Counted from the stretch's first letter, positions 8,961-19,081 are shown. The stretch is DNA of 64,000 nucleotides from Minisyncoccota bacterium (GCA_035627655.1 DASPLI010000001.1:24265-88264); one strand, 5' to 3'. Notes: generated by a model not told the origin, from the letters alone. Numbers and translations: made by a program.

Positions 8961-9359
8961 TTATTCTACTGTGTCTCCCTTCTCCGAACCTCGAATAACC
9001 TCTTTGAGCTTCTCCACCTCCTCAGTCAGTGGCTTGCGCGGATCAGACTCACCATCTGCCCGACGATCGCGCAGATAGCGAACCACACGCGTCAGGAACC
9101 GTTCGATAAAGCGCACGACGATGAGCACAATGTGCGCAAGCTCATGCACGATATGATCAATAGCTACCTGAATCGCATGGAAGACCAGCTTTCCGAAGTC
9201 TACCGTTCGGACGATTTCTGCGACATGCGAGACGCGTGCATCGAGCCTCTCACGCGCAGCAGAAAAGAAGCGATGTCCGCGCTTTGCCTCAAATGCAGTG
9301 AGTGCAAGAAACCCGGCGAGGAGGAATGCGACGGCGATGAATGCTATCGCGAGCGCCAT
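8961..9359 (-). CDS. Hypothetical membrane protein of 132 aa.
   Basis: N-terminal TM helix (MALAIAFIAVAFLLAGFLALTAF) followed by a charged helical tail. It lies directly upstream of tsf. Confidence 0.4.
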   Translation of the reverse strand: MALAIAFIAVAFLLAGFLALTAFEAKRGHRFFSAARERLDARVSHVAEIVRTVDFGKLVFHAIQVAIDHIVHELAHIVLIVVRFIERFLTRVVRYLRDRRADGESDPRKPLTEEVEKLKEVIRGSEKGDTVE

Positions 9360-9362
9360 GGG

Positions 9363-9944
9363 TTAGCGGACGGAGATGCGGACGAAGCGTGTTACTTCGA
9401 CGCGCTCTCCAAACTTCTGAGAAGCTTCGGCAATAAGGTCACGGATGGTCTTTGACTCATCCTTGATAAAGACCTGATTCATGAGCACCTGATCGCTGAA
9501 GTAGCTGTTGAGCTTTCCTTCGAGAATCTTTGCCTTCATATCTTCCGGCTTTCCTTCGACCTCCTTCTCAAACACTTCGCGCGCCTTCGCTACAACATCT
9601 TCAGGAATGTTCTCGATGCGGTTGTAGGTGGGGTTGGTTGCTGCAACCTGCATAGCAATTTCCCGTGCAAGTGCTGGGAACTCTGGATTACGAGCTACGA
9701 AGTCCGTCTCGCAGGAAAGCACGACCATCGCGCCGATCGCGCCGTCATGGACGTAGGAACCGATAGCACCCGCACCAAGGTCGCGATCTGCCTTTTTCTC
9801 AGCAACTGCGCCGCTCTTCTTTCGGAGAATTACTTCCGCTTTCTCGATGTCTCCGCCAGCCTCTTCAAGAGCCTTGCGGCACTGCATAACAGATACCCCA
9901 GTCTTGTCGCGAAGTGCTTTGACAATATCGGTCGAAATCTCCAT
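9363..9944 (-). CDS. tsf: Elongation factor Ts, short form of 193 aa.
   Basis: IVKALRDKTGVSVMQCRKALEEAGGDIEKAEVILRKKSG is the UBA-like N-terminus; the dimerisation core is LSCETDFVARNPEF. Confidence 0.9.
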   Translation of the reverse strand: MEISTDIVKALRDKTGVSVMQCRKALEEAGGDIEKAEVILRKKSGAVAEKKADRDLGAGAIGSYVHDGAIGAMVVLSCETDFVARNPEFPALAREIAMQVAATNPTYNRIENIPEDVVAKAREVFEKEVEGKPEDMKAKILEGKLNSYFSDQVLMNQVFIKDESKTIRDLIAEASQKFGERVEVTRFVRISVR

Positions 9945-9983
9945 GAAATAATGAGCTAAAGTGAATAACGGAGCACGAAGGCG

Positions 9984-10685
9984 TTATGCCTTACGTCCCT
10001 TCTCGTACGAAGCGGCAAGCTCATCAAGTGCAAGCTTTACTGCATCGCGTGACGCGTCGTTCATGACGATCGGATAGGCCGCGTCCTTAAGATCGCAGTC
10101 CGAGCTCATGATGCCGATCACTGGAATACCTGCGCGCTTTGCTTCGCGTGTTGCGTGCGCTTCGCGCTTAGTGTCGACAATAACGAACGCATCCGGACGC
10201 TTCTGAAGCTCGGTAATGCCATCAAGGCGCTCTGAGAGGCGCTCGATTTCGCGGTCAGCGAAGACGCGCTCAAGCTTGGTGTAGATCTTTGCAAGCTCGC
10301 CAGAATCGCGCTTGCCCACGAGGTCAGCAAGGCGATCAATGCGCTTCTTGATTTCCATGAAGTTGGAGACCGTACCGCCGAGCCAGCGGCCAGCAACGTA
10401 CGGAGCACCAATGCGCTTTGCCGTAGTCTTTACGATATCGGAAACCTCGCGCTTACCGCCCACAAAGAGAACGGTCTTACCGTCGCGAGCGAGGGTCTCA
10501 ATTGCCTTCTTAGCAGCAGCAAGCTGAGCATCCGTCTTTACCAAATCGAAAATCTCAACCTTTGCCTTTGCCCCTACAACGAAGGGCTTCATGGATGGGT
10601 GGCGGCGGCTCTTTACCTGGGCAAAATGAGCGCCCGCCCCAAACAGGCGGTCAACACCAACCCCAACCGTAGTATCGGTAGTCAT
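9984..10685 (-). CDS. rpsB: 30S ribosomal protein S2.
   Basis: LFGAGAHFAQVKSRRHPSMKPFV...VLFVGGKREV...YVAGRWLGGTVSNF matches S2. The start is taken at the internal Met (MTTDTT...), because the upstream ORF extension overlaps prfA. Confidence 0.9.
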   Translation of the reverse strand: MTTDTTVGVGVDRLFGAGAHFAQVKSRRHPSMKPFVVGAKAKVEIFDLVKTDAQLAAAKKAIETLARDGKTVLFVGGKREVSDIVKTTAKRIGAPYVAGRWLGGTVSNFMEIKKRIDRLADLVGKRDSGELAKIYTKLERVFADREIERLSERLDGITELQKRPDAFVIVDTKREAHATREAKRAGIPVIGIMSSDCDLKDAAYPIVMNDASRDAVKLALDELAASYEKGRKA

Positions 10686-10722
10686 GGCGCGAGTATAGGC
10701 TAAAACCCCCTTCCCTGCAACC

Positions 10723-11679
10723 TTATTCCTCCTCGGCCGGCCCAATGCCCCCGCCCGCGGCCCGCTCCTTGAGGGTGGCCACAATATCGTCGAGGCCTCC
10801 GGCCATAATCTTGGGCAGGTTATGCCAGGACTCCTTGATCCGGTGGTCAGTCACACGGTCCTGGAGGTAGTTGTACGTTCGAATCTTCTCGGAGCGGTCG
10901 CCCGTACCGATCTGTCCCTTGCGCTCGGCCGCGTTTTTCTTTGCTTCTTCTTCCTCATGCAAATTCTCGAGCTTTGCAGACAAAATCTGCATGGCCTTCT
11001 CCCGGTTTGCCTTCTGACTCCGCTCTGACGAGGAACGGACATCAATCCCGGTTGGCTTGTGTATAAGACGAACTGCCGTCTCGACCTTGTTCACGTTCTG
11101 GCCGCCCGCTCCCCCGCTTCGCGAAAATTCCATCTCAAGATCGGCTGGATTGAGCTCAAACTTCGGTTTGGTACGGATCGGGAGCGCCGCGACGGAAGCG
11201 GTTGACGTGTGGATGCGGCCAGACTTCTCCGTTGCCGGTACTCGCTGCACGCGATGCACTCCGGTTTCATATCGAAGCGCGTCGTACGCGTCCTCCCCTC
11301 CAATTTCGACGGTCATATCGTCGATAGACCGCATTTGCCATCCCATGGCTTCCGCATACTTTTCGTACATTTGCTTGAGTTCTCCCGCAAAGAGCGCAGC
11401 TTCGTCCCCGCCGGCTGCTGCGCGAAATTCAAGAACGATCGCCTTCGGCTTTGCCTCCTCTTCCTGCTCTTTCTTCAAGATTCGCTCGATCTCCGCGAGA
11501 ATGTCGCGCTGTCGCGATGTGATGCGTGTTTCGTCCTCCTCGGCAAGAGCACGCAGCTCCGGATCTGCGCCGGCAGCTTCGCGCGCCTCGGTTTTTTCAT
11601 TTTCAAGACGTTCGTATTCCTCCGCAAGATATGCGGTCGCAAAATTCTTCTTGAACTCAGGGGAATACTCCATTGTCAT
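10723..11679 (-). CDS. prfA: Peptide chain release factor 1.
   Basis: Carries the GGQ motif ([20 protein letters not shown]) and the RVQRVPATE tripeptide motif, which is the RF1-type PxT rather than the RF2 SPF. Confidence 0.9.
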   Translation of the reverse strand: MTMEYSPEFKKNFATAYLAEEYERLENEKTEAREAAGADPELRALAEEDETRITSRQRDILAEIERILKKEQEEEAKPKAIVLEFRAAAGGDEAALFAGELKQMYEKYAEAMGWQMRSIDDMTVEIGGEDAYDALRYETGVHRVQRVPATEKSGRIHTSTASVAALPIRTKPKFELNPADLEMEFSRSGGAGGQNVNKVETAVRLIHKPTGIDVRSSSERSQKANREKAMQILSAKLENLHEEEEAKKNAAERKGQIGTGDRSEKIRTYNYLQDRVTDHRIKESWHNLPKIMAGGLDDIVATLKERAAGGGIGPAEEE

Positions 11680-11730
11680 AGATGATAGCGCACACGCCCC
11701 GCACGGGTGCGGGGCGTGTATGCAGATACG

Positions 11731-11979
11731 TTACTTACGCTTTGCGGCGCGCTGCTTGAACTTCTCGACGCGACCAGTCTTATCAAGCGTGCGATCCTCA
11801 CCGGTGTAAAACGGGTGAGATTTCGAGGAAATTTCGACGGTCACCTTTGGGTACTCCTTGCCGTCAACGGTCGTGGTCTCCGTGGTCTCAATGGTCGAGC
11901 CAATGAGGAACGTCTCGCCTGAGGCGAGGTCGACGAAGGCAACCGTGCGGTAGTTTTCCGGATGGGTATCTACTTTCAT
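11731..11979 (-). CDS. rpmE: 50S ribosomal protein L31.
   Basis: MKVDTHPENYRTVAF...SKSHPFYTG...KFKQRAAKRK, 82 aa. Confidence 0.85.
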   Translation of the reverse strand: MKVDTHPENYRTVAFVDLASGETFLIGSTIETTETTTVDGKEYPKVTVEISSKSHPFYTGEDRTLDKTGRVEKFKQRAAKRK

Positions 11980-11999
11980 GACCCAGGCACTCTAGCAGA

Positions 12000-12030
12000 A
12001 ACCGCCCCGTCCTACAAGGACGAGGCGGTT
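12000..12030 (-). terminator. GC-rich hairpin, probable terminator of the 12047..14164 gene.
   Basis: aaccgccccgtcc-tacaa-ggacgaggcggtt pairs at 12 of 13 positions. It is downstream of the minus-strand stop codon, with a T-rich run following on the minus strand. Confidence 0.4.
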
Positions 12031-12046
12031 CCCTAGACTGCCCTCC

Positions 12047-14164
12047 CTAGAACTCCTGGAAGCGGCCTGTGAGGTTCAACAGGGCGCTTTGGGTGGTTCC
12101 CGAGCAGCTGGTGGTAAAGGTGGTCTGCTTGGTCACGTTCTCGATAAGAGCGCTTCCGGACGGCGTGCTTGCCGAGAAGCCGTTTGATCCCGTGATGGTG
12201 CAGGAGCAGCCTTCAGACGCAGCCCACGTGACGGTTGCCGAGCCGCCCGGCGCGACACGTTCAGGCGAGACGGAGATGGTCACTGAGCTTGGAGAACATA
12301 CTTCTGCCACGTTTACCGCGCTGAAGTCGCAGGAGAGTCTGCCGTTTCCGCTGGCATCAAGGTGCATCTGGTAGTACCCGGCTGAGGCAAAGGTACACTC
12401 GCGCGTATTGCCGGTGCCCGTACAGGTCTGTCCGCCCTGTGGAGTCCAGTCGTACGTGTAGGAACCTGATCCGCCAGACACAGTTGCAGTATAGGTAGCC
12501 GTACCGCCAACCGTAACGTTTGCAGGATCTACCGAACAGCTGAGGGTCGGTGCACTGCCTTCGTTGGTATTCGGGTTTTCTGGATCCGTTGCACAGCCTG
12601 GATCCGCTTCATCCGTAAGCCCGTCGTCGTCGTTGTCGAGATCATCCGTACACTGCGGCACAACAGCGTCGCTTTCGGTCGTATCCTCTGGACCGGTACA
12701 GCCGGGATCGTTGAGGTCAATCAACTGATCGCCGTCGTTATCGAGAGTGTCGCTACACTCTGTCGTTGCCAACTCGCCAGTCACTGTGACTGTAACGCTT
12801 GATACGGTGGAGCCGTTCGCATTTGTACCCTTATAGGTATAGGTCGTCGTGGTGCTTGGAGTGACAACTTTTGTTCCTCCATACGGACGAGGCGCTGTCG
12901 ACTCTGGAACCCACACAGACTCCTCGTCATAGCAGGTACTCAGGGCGAGCAGACCCGTTTTTACCGATGCTTGATTGTAGTAGACGTTCCCGTCGTCAAT
13001 GTCGCCTCCAGTATCGGAACAGCGGAAGTTCACCTGCGTTCCCCAATGTCCCGGAATGGTCGTCGTGAGATCGAAGTTTGTAGAAGTGAACGTCCCCTTA
13101 CGAATTTGACCATACTGCGACTTCCAGGTAAGCGTGACCGGGGTACCCGCTGCTACCGTGATGTTGGTTCCCGTCGTTCCGTTTGCTGTTGCGGTTAGTG
13201 AGGTGTCAGGAGCAGCCAGCGTCTTACAGGTCAGGTAGTTATAGCGCTTATTACCGAAGCTATTGGCTGAACGGACATACCACTTTTTCAGCGATGGATC
13301 CCAAGCGCCCATACTATCGTTATCCGGGTTACTGAAGCCGCCCAGACTCCACTCCGTGATATATGCCGTCGGGTCATAGAGATAGCAGATGCGCGTTCCT
13401 GTCGGAGAAACGGTGGTAACAGGATACTGCGGATAGCCGTGTGCGGCCGTGTACTCGCCTCGATATCCACCGTTATCCAGCTGATCTTTGTATACCTTGT
13501 TCAAGAAGTCGCGCTTGCTCTGCGTCTTATAGACAATAACGCCTGGCGGCGGGGCCGGGGGCGGGACGTAGCCAGATTCCGTCGCGTCAATTGCAGACGT
13601 GCAGCCGCCGTCGCTCGGGTAATCTTTCACGCCATTTCCGTCGTTATCAATATTGTCCTTACACTGCGGCGTGTAGCCGGATTCAGTAGTGTCCGAAGAA
13701 GAACTGCAGCCCTGGTCGTTTGGATAGTCAGTTACTCCGTTACCATCATTGTCTGTACCGTCGTTACACTGCGGCGGCGGCGTGTATCCCGATTCGCTCG
13801 TGTCCGCTGCTGAGGTGCAGCCAAGGTCTGACGGGTAGTCCGTCACCCCGTTCCCGTCGTTATCAACGCCGTCCGTACATGCCGTTGCAGCGGTATACCC
13901 TGATTCACTGATATCGGAAGAGCTCGAACAGCCCGGATCATTCAAGTAGTCAGTCAACCCGTTGCCGTCGTTATCAACGCCGTCAGAACACTGATAGTCT
14001 ATGCCGCCTCCGCCGCCTCCGCCGCCTCCGCCTTCAAGACTTGCCCGATTGTTGACTGCTGCATCTGTTCCCGCCGGCATGAATCCAATGCAGAGCAGAA
14101 ACAGCACCGCGAGAGCACTTGCTTTCGCGAGCGTTGAGAAATCTGATTGTGTGTGTGAGTTCAT
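12047..14164 (-). CDS. Large secreted protein with Cys-bounded thrombospondin-type-3-like calcium-binding repeats and a C-terminal Ig/PKD-like region.
   Basis: Signal peptide, then a Gly10 run. Four tandem ~37 aa units, C-x-D-G-x-D-N-D-G-N-G-(L/V)-(T/K)-D-Y-x-x-D-x-G-C-(S/T)-S-x-x-D-x-x-E-S-G-Y, plus two more degenerate copies near the C-terminus. Then a PPAPPPG linker and beta-rich Ig-like C-terminal modules. Confidence 0.6.
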   Translation of the reverse strand: MNSHTQSDFSTLAKASALAVLFLLCIGFMPAGTDAAVNNRASLEGGGGGGGGGGIDYQCSDGVDNDGNGLTDYLNDPGCSSSSDISESGYTAATACTDGVDNDGNGVTDYPSDLGCTSAADTSESGYTPPPQCNDGTDNDGNGVTDYPNDQGCSSSSDTTESGYTPQCKDNIDNDGNGVKDYPSDGGCTSAIDATESGYVPPPAPPPGVIVYKTQSKRDFLNKVYKDQLDNGGYRGEYTAAHGYPQYPVTTVSPTGTRICYLYDPTAYITEWSLGGFSNPDNDSMGAWDPSLKKWYVRSANSFGNKRYNYLTCKTLAAPDTSLTATANGTTGTNITVAAGTPVTLTWKSQYGQIRKGTFTSTNFDLTTTIPGHWGTQVNFRCSDTGGDIDDGNVYYNQASVKTGLLALSTCYDEESVWVPESTAPRPYGGTKVVTPSTTTTYTYKGTNANGSTVSSVTVTVTGELATTECSDTLDNDGDQLIDLNDPGCTGPEDTTESDAVVPQCTDDLDNDDDGLTDEADPGCATDPENPNTNEGSAPTLSCSVDPANVTVGGTATYTATVSGGSGSYTYDWTPQGGQTCTGTGNTRECTFASAGYYQMHLDASGNGRLSCDFSAVNVAEVCSPSSVTISVSPERVAPGGSATVTWAASEGCSCTITGSNGFSASTPSGSALIENVTKQTTFTTSCSGTTQSALLNLTGRFQEF
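14014..14042. repeat. (CCGCCT)n simple repeat encoding Gly10.
   Basis: ccgcctccgccgcctccgccgcctccgcc. On the opposite strand it yields the shadow ORF beginning MPPPPPPPPPPS. Confidence 0.6.
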
Positions 14165-14174
14165 GATGCAGCGA

Positions 14175-15167
14175 TTACTGGGTAAGCGGCAGAATGGCTA
14201 CCGGTGTTGCGATCTGTAGTTTTTCGGTTGGCACCTTAAAGACCTGCGCAGCATCTTCTGCGGTATGGAAGAGTATGCGGCGGTCATCAAGAAACGCTGT
14301 TCCGAGCACTGGGCGCATTTCAAGGAAACCGAGTGGCGCGAATGACTCATTAATGGTGAAGAAATCCATGCGCATTCCGTCTCCGCTTACAAGTGCCGCG
14401 GTCTTTCCCGATGGAGAAAGAGCGCTCAGATTTGCGTCCGCACCAGCTGCAGGCAGTAGCACGGAGCGAGTACCGGTCTTTGCATTGATGCGCACAACGC
14501 CTTCTGGCGCGAGCGCGATGATTGAGCCGTCTTCTACAAGCCGCGGGCTTCGTCCTTGTCCAAAGAGCGTGATTGTCCCGGTTGTTACATCAACCGCAAT
14601 GAGTTTTGATGCTGCAGTAGCCGGAACCTGCGACTCGTCGAGATATACCGGGATTTCCGTACTTCCAGTCTCTTCGAGAGATTCATCTGTCTCTCCCTCA
14701 CTCTGTGTATAAAGACCCGTCGCCAGCGATGACGGAACTGCAGGTGTCGCGCCAAAGATTGCCAAACCATCGGGCGTCACTATGAGCCCCGCTTTGTCCG
14801 TATCCCCCGCCACCAAGGGTGCGAAGGTGCCGTCCGCCTGGATAACGCCGGCGGTAAGCCCGTCCGTGTCAGGGACTCCCGCAAGCACAATCTTTTCTGC
14901 AGGATTTGTTGGAGAATCTACCTGCTCGTAAATAGCGATACCATCCGCGCGCGGCTCTCCTGCCATGCGCACCAAGACATTGTCTTCAGGCGTGTATCGT
15001 CTGCTGACGCCGTCTTCATAGAATGCGATAACGTCTCCTTCCTTCGGCAGATCCTGAGAGACGATACCGAAGATAAGAGCTTTATAAATAAAGTATGCGG
15101 CGACAAGGAGGACGATGACAGCGATCGTTACAACCACGTACCGAGGCGGCTTATTTGGCATATTCAT
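14175..15167 (-). CDS. Hypothetical membrane-anchored protein, possibly a beta-propeller.
   Basis: N-terminal TM helix (YVVVTIAVIVLLVAAYFIY) followed by a beta-rich ectodomain. No catalytic motif recognised. Confidence 0.45.
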   Translation of the reverse strand: MNMPNKPPRYVVVTIAVIVLLVAAYFIYKALIFGIVSQDLPKEGDVIAFYEDGVSRRYTPEDNVLVRMAGEPRADGIAIYEQVDSPTNPAEKIVLAGVPDTDGLTAGVIQADGTFAPLVAGDTDKAGLIVTPDGLAIFGATPAVPSSLATGLYTQSEGETDESLEETGSTEIPVYLDESQVPATAASKLIAVDVTTGTITLFGQGRSPRLVEDGSIIALAPEGVVRINAKTGTRSVLLPAAGADANLSALSPSGKTAALVSGDGMRMDFFTINESFAPLGFLEMRPVLGTAFLDDRRILFHTAEDAAQVFKVPTEKLQIATPVAILPLTQ

Positions 15168-15221
15168 ATACCCTCCATTCTAGTACATACCAACTCCTGA
15201 AAACCGAGCCCTGTACCCGGC

Positions 15222-16373
15222 TTGGGTACAACAGCTATACTGAGAAAAATGGCAAGGAAAACGGCTATCCTTTGCGGACTTCTATGCATTGTGCTCTTTA
15301 CTGGGATCTTCCAACGTTCTGGAGATCCCTGCGCTCCAGTACCACTCCAAGAAGCTGAGCGCGGCTCCCACGGCTACCGTTTATGGCCTGGAAGTAATCT
15401 GCAGAGTTTTGAACACCGCGGAGAACGCATCTGCATTCCCGATGGCTGGGAAGCTATTGGCGCGCAACATGCCGCCGCCTCGTGGGCACAGTTCCCGGAA
15501 GGAACGACGGGGGTCCTTATTCGAACAGAGTATTTCCAAACAACAGAACTTAGATTTGAGAACAGTTCGTATCGTATCGCGCTCCGCTACCCTGCCGACC
15601 TATCCGAACAAGAGCTTCAAGAATACGAACGCATTGTAAAAAACGCCTTCGAGCGTGTGGGAGCACTGTATCCAGATGCGCGACCTGCCCACCATACCGT
15701 CGTCATAACCGCAGGACTCGGACTTTCCAATATTGAACACGACAGTATTTATCCAGATCCCGGACCAGCTGTCTCCTATCTTGTGCTGCAGCCCTCTCAA
15801 TCTCGAAGCGAAGAGTTATTTATTCATGCGGTCGCGCATCTCCATAACCGCCATAGGCCGGACCTCACTGCGTACACGATGCATCAGGAGCCATTCTCAA
15901 GCGGCGATTTCCAAGAGCTTGAAGCATCATGGATCGAAACTGCATTCGAAGAATCAGACGAGCTGCGCTCAGCGCGGTTTGCGTATCTGATGAATATACA
16001 CGCGGCCGTCATGGAGAGAGACTTTTCCCGCATCGAAGAACCGCCGTTTGAAAACCACAACGGCTTCTTAGCGATTCGACCAAGCGCGATAAGTAACGAG
16101 TCATGGACCTATCTCGACGACCAATACGGGTACTATGTGCTTGCGCCACTTACGCTAACCGCAATCGATACCCTGCTCGTGCCACACAACACGAGCGTTG
16201 CTGAGCTTCTAACAGAAATTCATGAGACCCGCGGAAATTTCCTCACACGTTTGCAAAATATTCTTTCAGCAGATGATGTGGAACGCGTTACGCGCTGGCT
16301 CCACGGCGAAGAACGTATTCCTGAACATCTGATTCAGGAGGCGGTAGAGCGATACTCGTCTCGGCAGAATTAG
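15222..16373 (+). CDS. Hypothetical secreted protein of 383 aa.
   Basis: Signal-peptide-like segment TAILCGLLCIVLFTGIF. The start may be the second Met at 15249. No recognised family. Confidence 0.45.
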   Translation: MGTTAILRKMARKTAILCGLLCIVLFTGIFQRSGDPCAPVPLQEAERGSHGYRLWPGSNLQSFEHRGERICIPDGWEAIGAQHAAASWAQFPEGTTGVLIRTEYFQTTELRFENSSYRIALRYPADLSEQELQEYERIVKNAFERVGALYPDARPAHHTVVITAGLGLSNIEHDSIYPDPGPAVSYLVLQPSQSRSEELFIHAVAHLHNRHRPDLTAYTMHQEPFSSGDFQELEASWIETAFEESDELRSARFAYLMNIHAAVMERDFSRIEEPPFENHNGFLAIRPSAISNESWTYLDDQYGYYVLAPLTLTAIDTLLVPHNTSVAELLTEIHETRGNFLTRLQNILSADDVERVTRWLHGEERIPEHLIQEAVERYSSRQN

Positions 16374-17737
16374 TTATCTTTCAGGAAGTCGATGTCCTGT
16401 TGGAACTTCGTGGCTTTCGCCATCACCTGATCGCCGTAGTTTGTTACCCAACCGCTTGCCGGACAGGCGCGCCCAGAGAAATATGCGCAGGCTGCGTTTC
16501 GCTCAGCAGTGTAACCGCCAGAAGCTGCGCTCCAGTCACCAAGGTAGAGACCGGTTGCCATCATGGCATGCTCTGCGTTCCAAGGATTTGTCGCCGAAAC
16601 ACCAAGCGCAGTCTTGATTCGGTTTTCAAAGAGCGCCCACGTCGACGGAATGAACTGGGTCGGACCCATAGCACCTCCCCAACCGCTTGCCTGCGGACAG
16701 GATACTGGCGTTGTTTTCCAATCCTTCCCAAGCGCTTCAGTTATACGCAAAAATACCGGAACGTCGCGCGTTGGGTGCATAACGCCAGGAAATGCCGTGC
16801 CAGTGTTTTTTCCAATGCCATCTCCTTGGTTTGGGCTGTTGGTCACATAACAGTTGCCGATATTTTTTCCGAGATCAGACTCTTGTGAAAGCACTGCGAG
16901 AATGAGTGCCGCTCGCACCCCAGTCTTTGCGGATGCTGCTTGCGCGTAGCGAAGCGCATCGCCGAATTGAATATTCTCAGTATCACGAAGCGGGAAAAGG
17001 CGTGCGCGAATTGCGGCGGCCTGTGCCTGGCGTTCGGCAAGTACTTGGCTGTAAGCGGCCTCTTCAGAAGCTGCGATCGCCAGCAGCTTGTCTTTCTCTG
17101 CCTTGCTGACGCCAATCTCCTGCTTCTTCGTTTCAACGACGTATTTGGCGTCCTGCTCAGCAGCCTCTCGCTCAGCAAGCGCCTTACGTTCAGCCTCAGT
17201 TTCTTCGCGCACTTGGCGAATCTCCTGGAACTCGTCGTGAAGGCCAGCTTGCACCGTCACAATGTTGTCGACATCCTCAAACAGTGCAAACGCGTTGTCT
17301 GCAGCAAATGCAATCTCCACCAAGGAAAGGTCGTCAATCTGGTCTTGCTGTCGAAGGAAGGAAGCGAGCGATGCGTGGCCGTCCTCGATTCTGGTCGATA
17401 ACTCGTTGATCCGCGCCGTCTTGGTTTGTATTTCTTTGGAGATGCGGGAGATGGCGAGATTCTTTTGGCGAATCTGCGCCTCTGCCTGCTTAATCTGCGC
17501 ATCAAGCAATGTCACGTCGCCAGAAAGCGTATTCTTCTTTGCGCGTGTCGCATCAAGTACCTGCTGCCACTGAGCGATCTCCTCCTGGAGCTTGTCGTAC
17601 TCCTGTTCAAGCTGCGCTCGTTCGCTCTCCGAGAGCTCCTGTGCAGTCGTGTGCTGTACGAAGAAGCCACCCACTACTGTAAGCGAGACAAGAAGCATCG
17701 CGCACGCAAGAACAGTTCGCAGCCCCATATTTCCCAT
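16370..17737 (-). CDS. Secreted coiled-coil protein with a C-terminal MltB/SLT_2-like lytic transglycosylase domain.
   Basis: Signal peptide, then a long heptad-rich region (QLEQEYDKLQEEIAQWQQVLDATRAKK...), then GAMGPTQFIPSTW. That last segment resembles the GPMQFMPST motif of MltB-type transglycosylases. Confidence 0.5.
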   Translation of the reverse strand: MGNMGLRTVLACAMLLVSLTVVGGFFVQHTTAQELSESERAQLEQEYDKLQEEIAQWQQVLDATRAKKNTLSGDVTLLDAQIKQAEAQIRQKNLAISRISKEIQTKTARINELSTRIEDGHASLASFLRQQDQIDDLSLVEIAFAADNAFALFEDVDNIVTVQAGLHDEFQEIRQVREETEAERKALAEREAAEQDAKYVVETKKQEIGVSKAEKDKLLAIAASEEAAYSQVLAERQAQAAAIRARLFPLRDTENIQFGDALRYAQAASAKTGVRAALILAVLSQESDLGKNIGNCYVTNSPNQGDGIGKNTGTAFPGVMHPTRDVPVFLRITEALGKDWKTTPVSCPQASGWGGAMGPTQFIPSTWALFENRIKTALGVSATNPWNAEHAMMATGLYLGDWSAASGGYTAERNAACAYFSGRACPASGWVTNYGDQVMAKATKFQQDIDFLKDN

Positions 17738-17807
17738 AGTATAGCAGAATCAGAAATCGCCGATTTGTGACAGAAACGGGCCGTCGCGTGATGCGACGGC
17801 CCGTGCG

Positions 17808-18341
17808 TTAGATCATTTCATCCCGTTTTATCTTATCCAGAAGCGGTTCCCGAGTTAGCTTGAGCGTAAATCGGCCTGGGAGCTTTAGATCATGCGTCGT
17901 GTGGTGCGGACGGTGCGTTTCTTCAAACACCGCGCCACATTCATGAAGCGCATGGACCAAATCTTCATACGAGCCGGACACCGGATAGATTTCGACATGA
18001 TCGAAACCGCTCTTTTGCGACTGGTCAGGCTTCTGGTCAGACAGTTCAAGCGTTCGAATCGAACCGAAGCTTGTGTCGAATTGCAACGTGCGGAATTTCA
18101 GAATCGCGATGCGGCGCTTCCCGATGTACGACTGATACACGAAGTGTGCCTCAGGCTCAAGAAGTGCGCGCATGCGCTCGTATTCCTCGCTCGAAGCGCA
18201 CTTGAAGCACAGGTGATCTGCGACTCCGAGTGGGCCGACCGCGTGCCTGACAGCAAACTCGTTCACTGCCTGCATGAGGGGATGGGATTGTTGATAGAAC
18301 GATGCAATATCCACGAGACACCTCTCTAGTTCCTCAACCAT
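17808..18341 (-). CDS. Hypothetical protein, possibly YecM-like with a VOC fold.
   Basis: 177 aa. A FDHVEIYPV...Y segment resembles the E. coli YecM family. Similarity is weak and based on recall only. Confidence 0.3.
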   Translation of the reverse strand: MVEELERCLVDIASFYQQSHPLMQAVNEFAVRHAVGPLGVADHLCFKCASSEEYERMRALLEPEAHFVYQSYIGKRRIAILKFRTLQFDTSFGSIRTLELSDQKPDQSQKSGFDHVEIYPVSGSYEDLVHALHECGAVFEETHRPHHTTHDLKLPGRFTLKLTREPLLDKIKRDEMI

Positions 18342-18399
18342 TGTACAGGTACAAGAAAACCCGCCGAAGCGGGTTGTCTCTTTCGAAAATAGTGGCTTA

Positions 18400-19041
18400 T
18401 TACTCAGCCGCTGACTCCTCTTCCTCCTTCTTACCCTTCTCCTCTACCTCAATTGCACTCATGTCGACAGCAGCTGGAGCCTCCTCGGTCTCAGCAGCTA
18501 CTTCCTGTACAAGTACGACTACCTGGTCGCCAGCAATCTTAGACTCGACACCCTTTGGAAGCTTGAGGTCGGAAACGTGGAGCTGATCTCCAATATTCGC
18601 CAGTACGCTGATATCGACTTCGATATCGTGCGGAAGATCTGCGGGTGCAGCTTCAATTTCAAGCTCGTGCATAACCTTCACGAGAGATGCACCGGTCTTC
18701 ACTGCAGCAGACTCGCCAACATACGTAAGCGGAACGGCAACCTCAACCTTCGCCCCCTTTTCAATGGCGTAAAGGTCAGCATGGCGCGGCACGTTTGTGA
18801 CCGGGTCATGATCCACTTCGTGGATAAGGACCTGCATCGGAGAGCCGAGGCCGGAAAGCTCGATCACCGAAGATTCGCCTGCTTCGCGGAGCACCTTTTC
18901 AAAGTCGCGTGCAGGAATGGAAATCGCGATGGATTCCTGTTTCGGGCCGTAGACGATTGCCGGCATAGAACCAGCAGACAACAGGCGCTTGGCGCGCTTG
19001 CCGGTCTCCTCCCGCTTGGTTGCGGTAAGCGTAATAGTCAT
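18400..19041 (-). CDS. rplY: 50S ribosomal protein L25, general stress protein Ctc form.
   Basis: MTITLTATKREETGKRAKRLLSAGSMPAIVYG...IELSG...VLIHEVDHDPV matches L25, with an acidic C-terminal tail. The start is taken at the internal Met. Confidence 0.85.
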   Translation of the reverse strand: MTITLTATKREETGKRAKRLLSAGSMPAIVYGPKQESIAISIPARDFEKVLREAGESSVIELSGLGSPMQVLIHEVDHDPVTNVPRHADLYAIEKGAKVEVAVPLTYVGESAAVKTGASLVKVMHELEIEAAPADLPHDIEVDISVLANIGDQLHVSDLKLPKGVESKIAGDQVVVLVQEVAAETEEAPAAVDMSAIEVEEKGKKEEEESAAE

Positions 19042-19081
19042 GATTGGCGCAGTATGCCTGAAAGTAGGCCCTAAAGCAAGG

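Noticed and set aside
10686-10784. N-terminal extension of the rpsB ORF ([26 protein letters not shown]...).
   Set aside because: The extension overlaps the 3' end of prfA and has Arg/Pro-rich junk composition. S2 homology begins at the internal Met.
11683-11715. GC-rich hairpin between prfA and rpmE (cacgccccgcacgggtgcggggcgtg).
   Set aside because: No T-run follows on either strand. It may be an RNA-stability or attenuator stem, but it is not a convincing intrinsic terminator.
14001-14219. ORF beginning MPPPPPPPPPPS.
   Set aside because: It is the reverse-complement of the Gly10 codons at the N-terminus of the TSP3-repeat protein.
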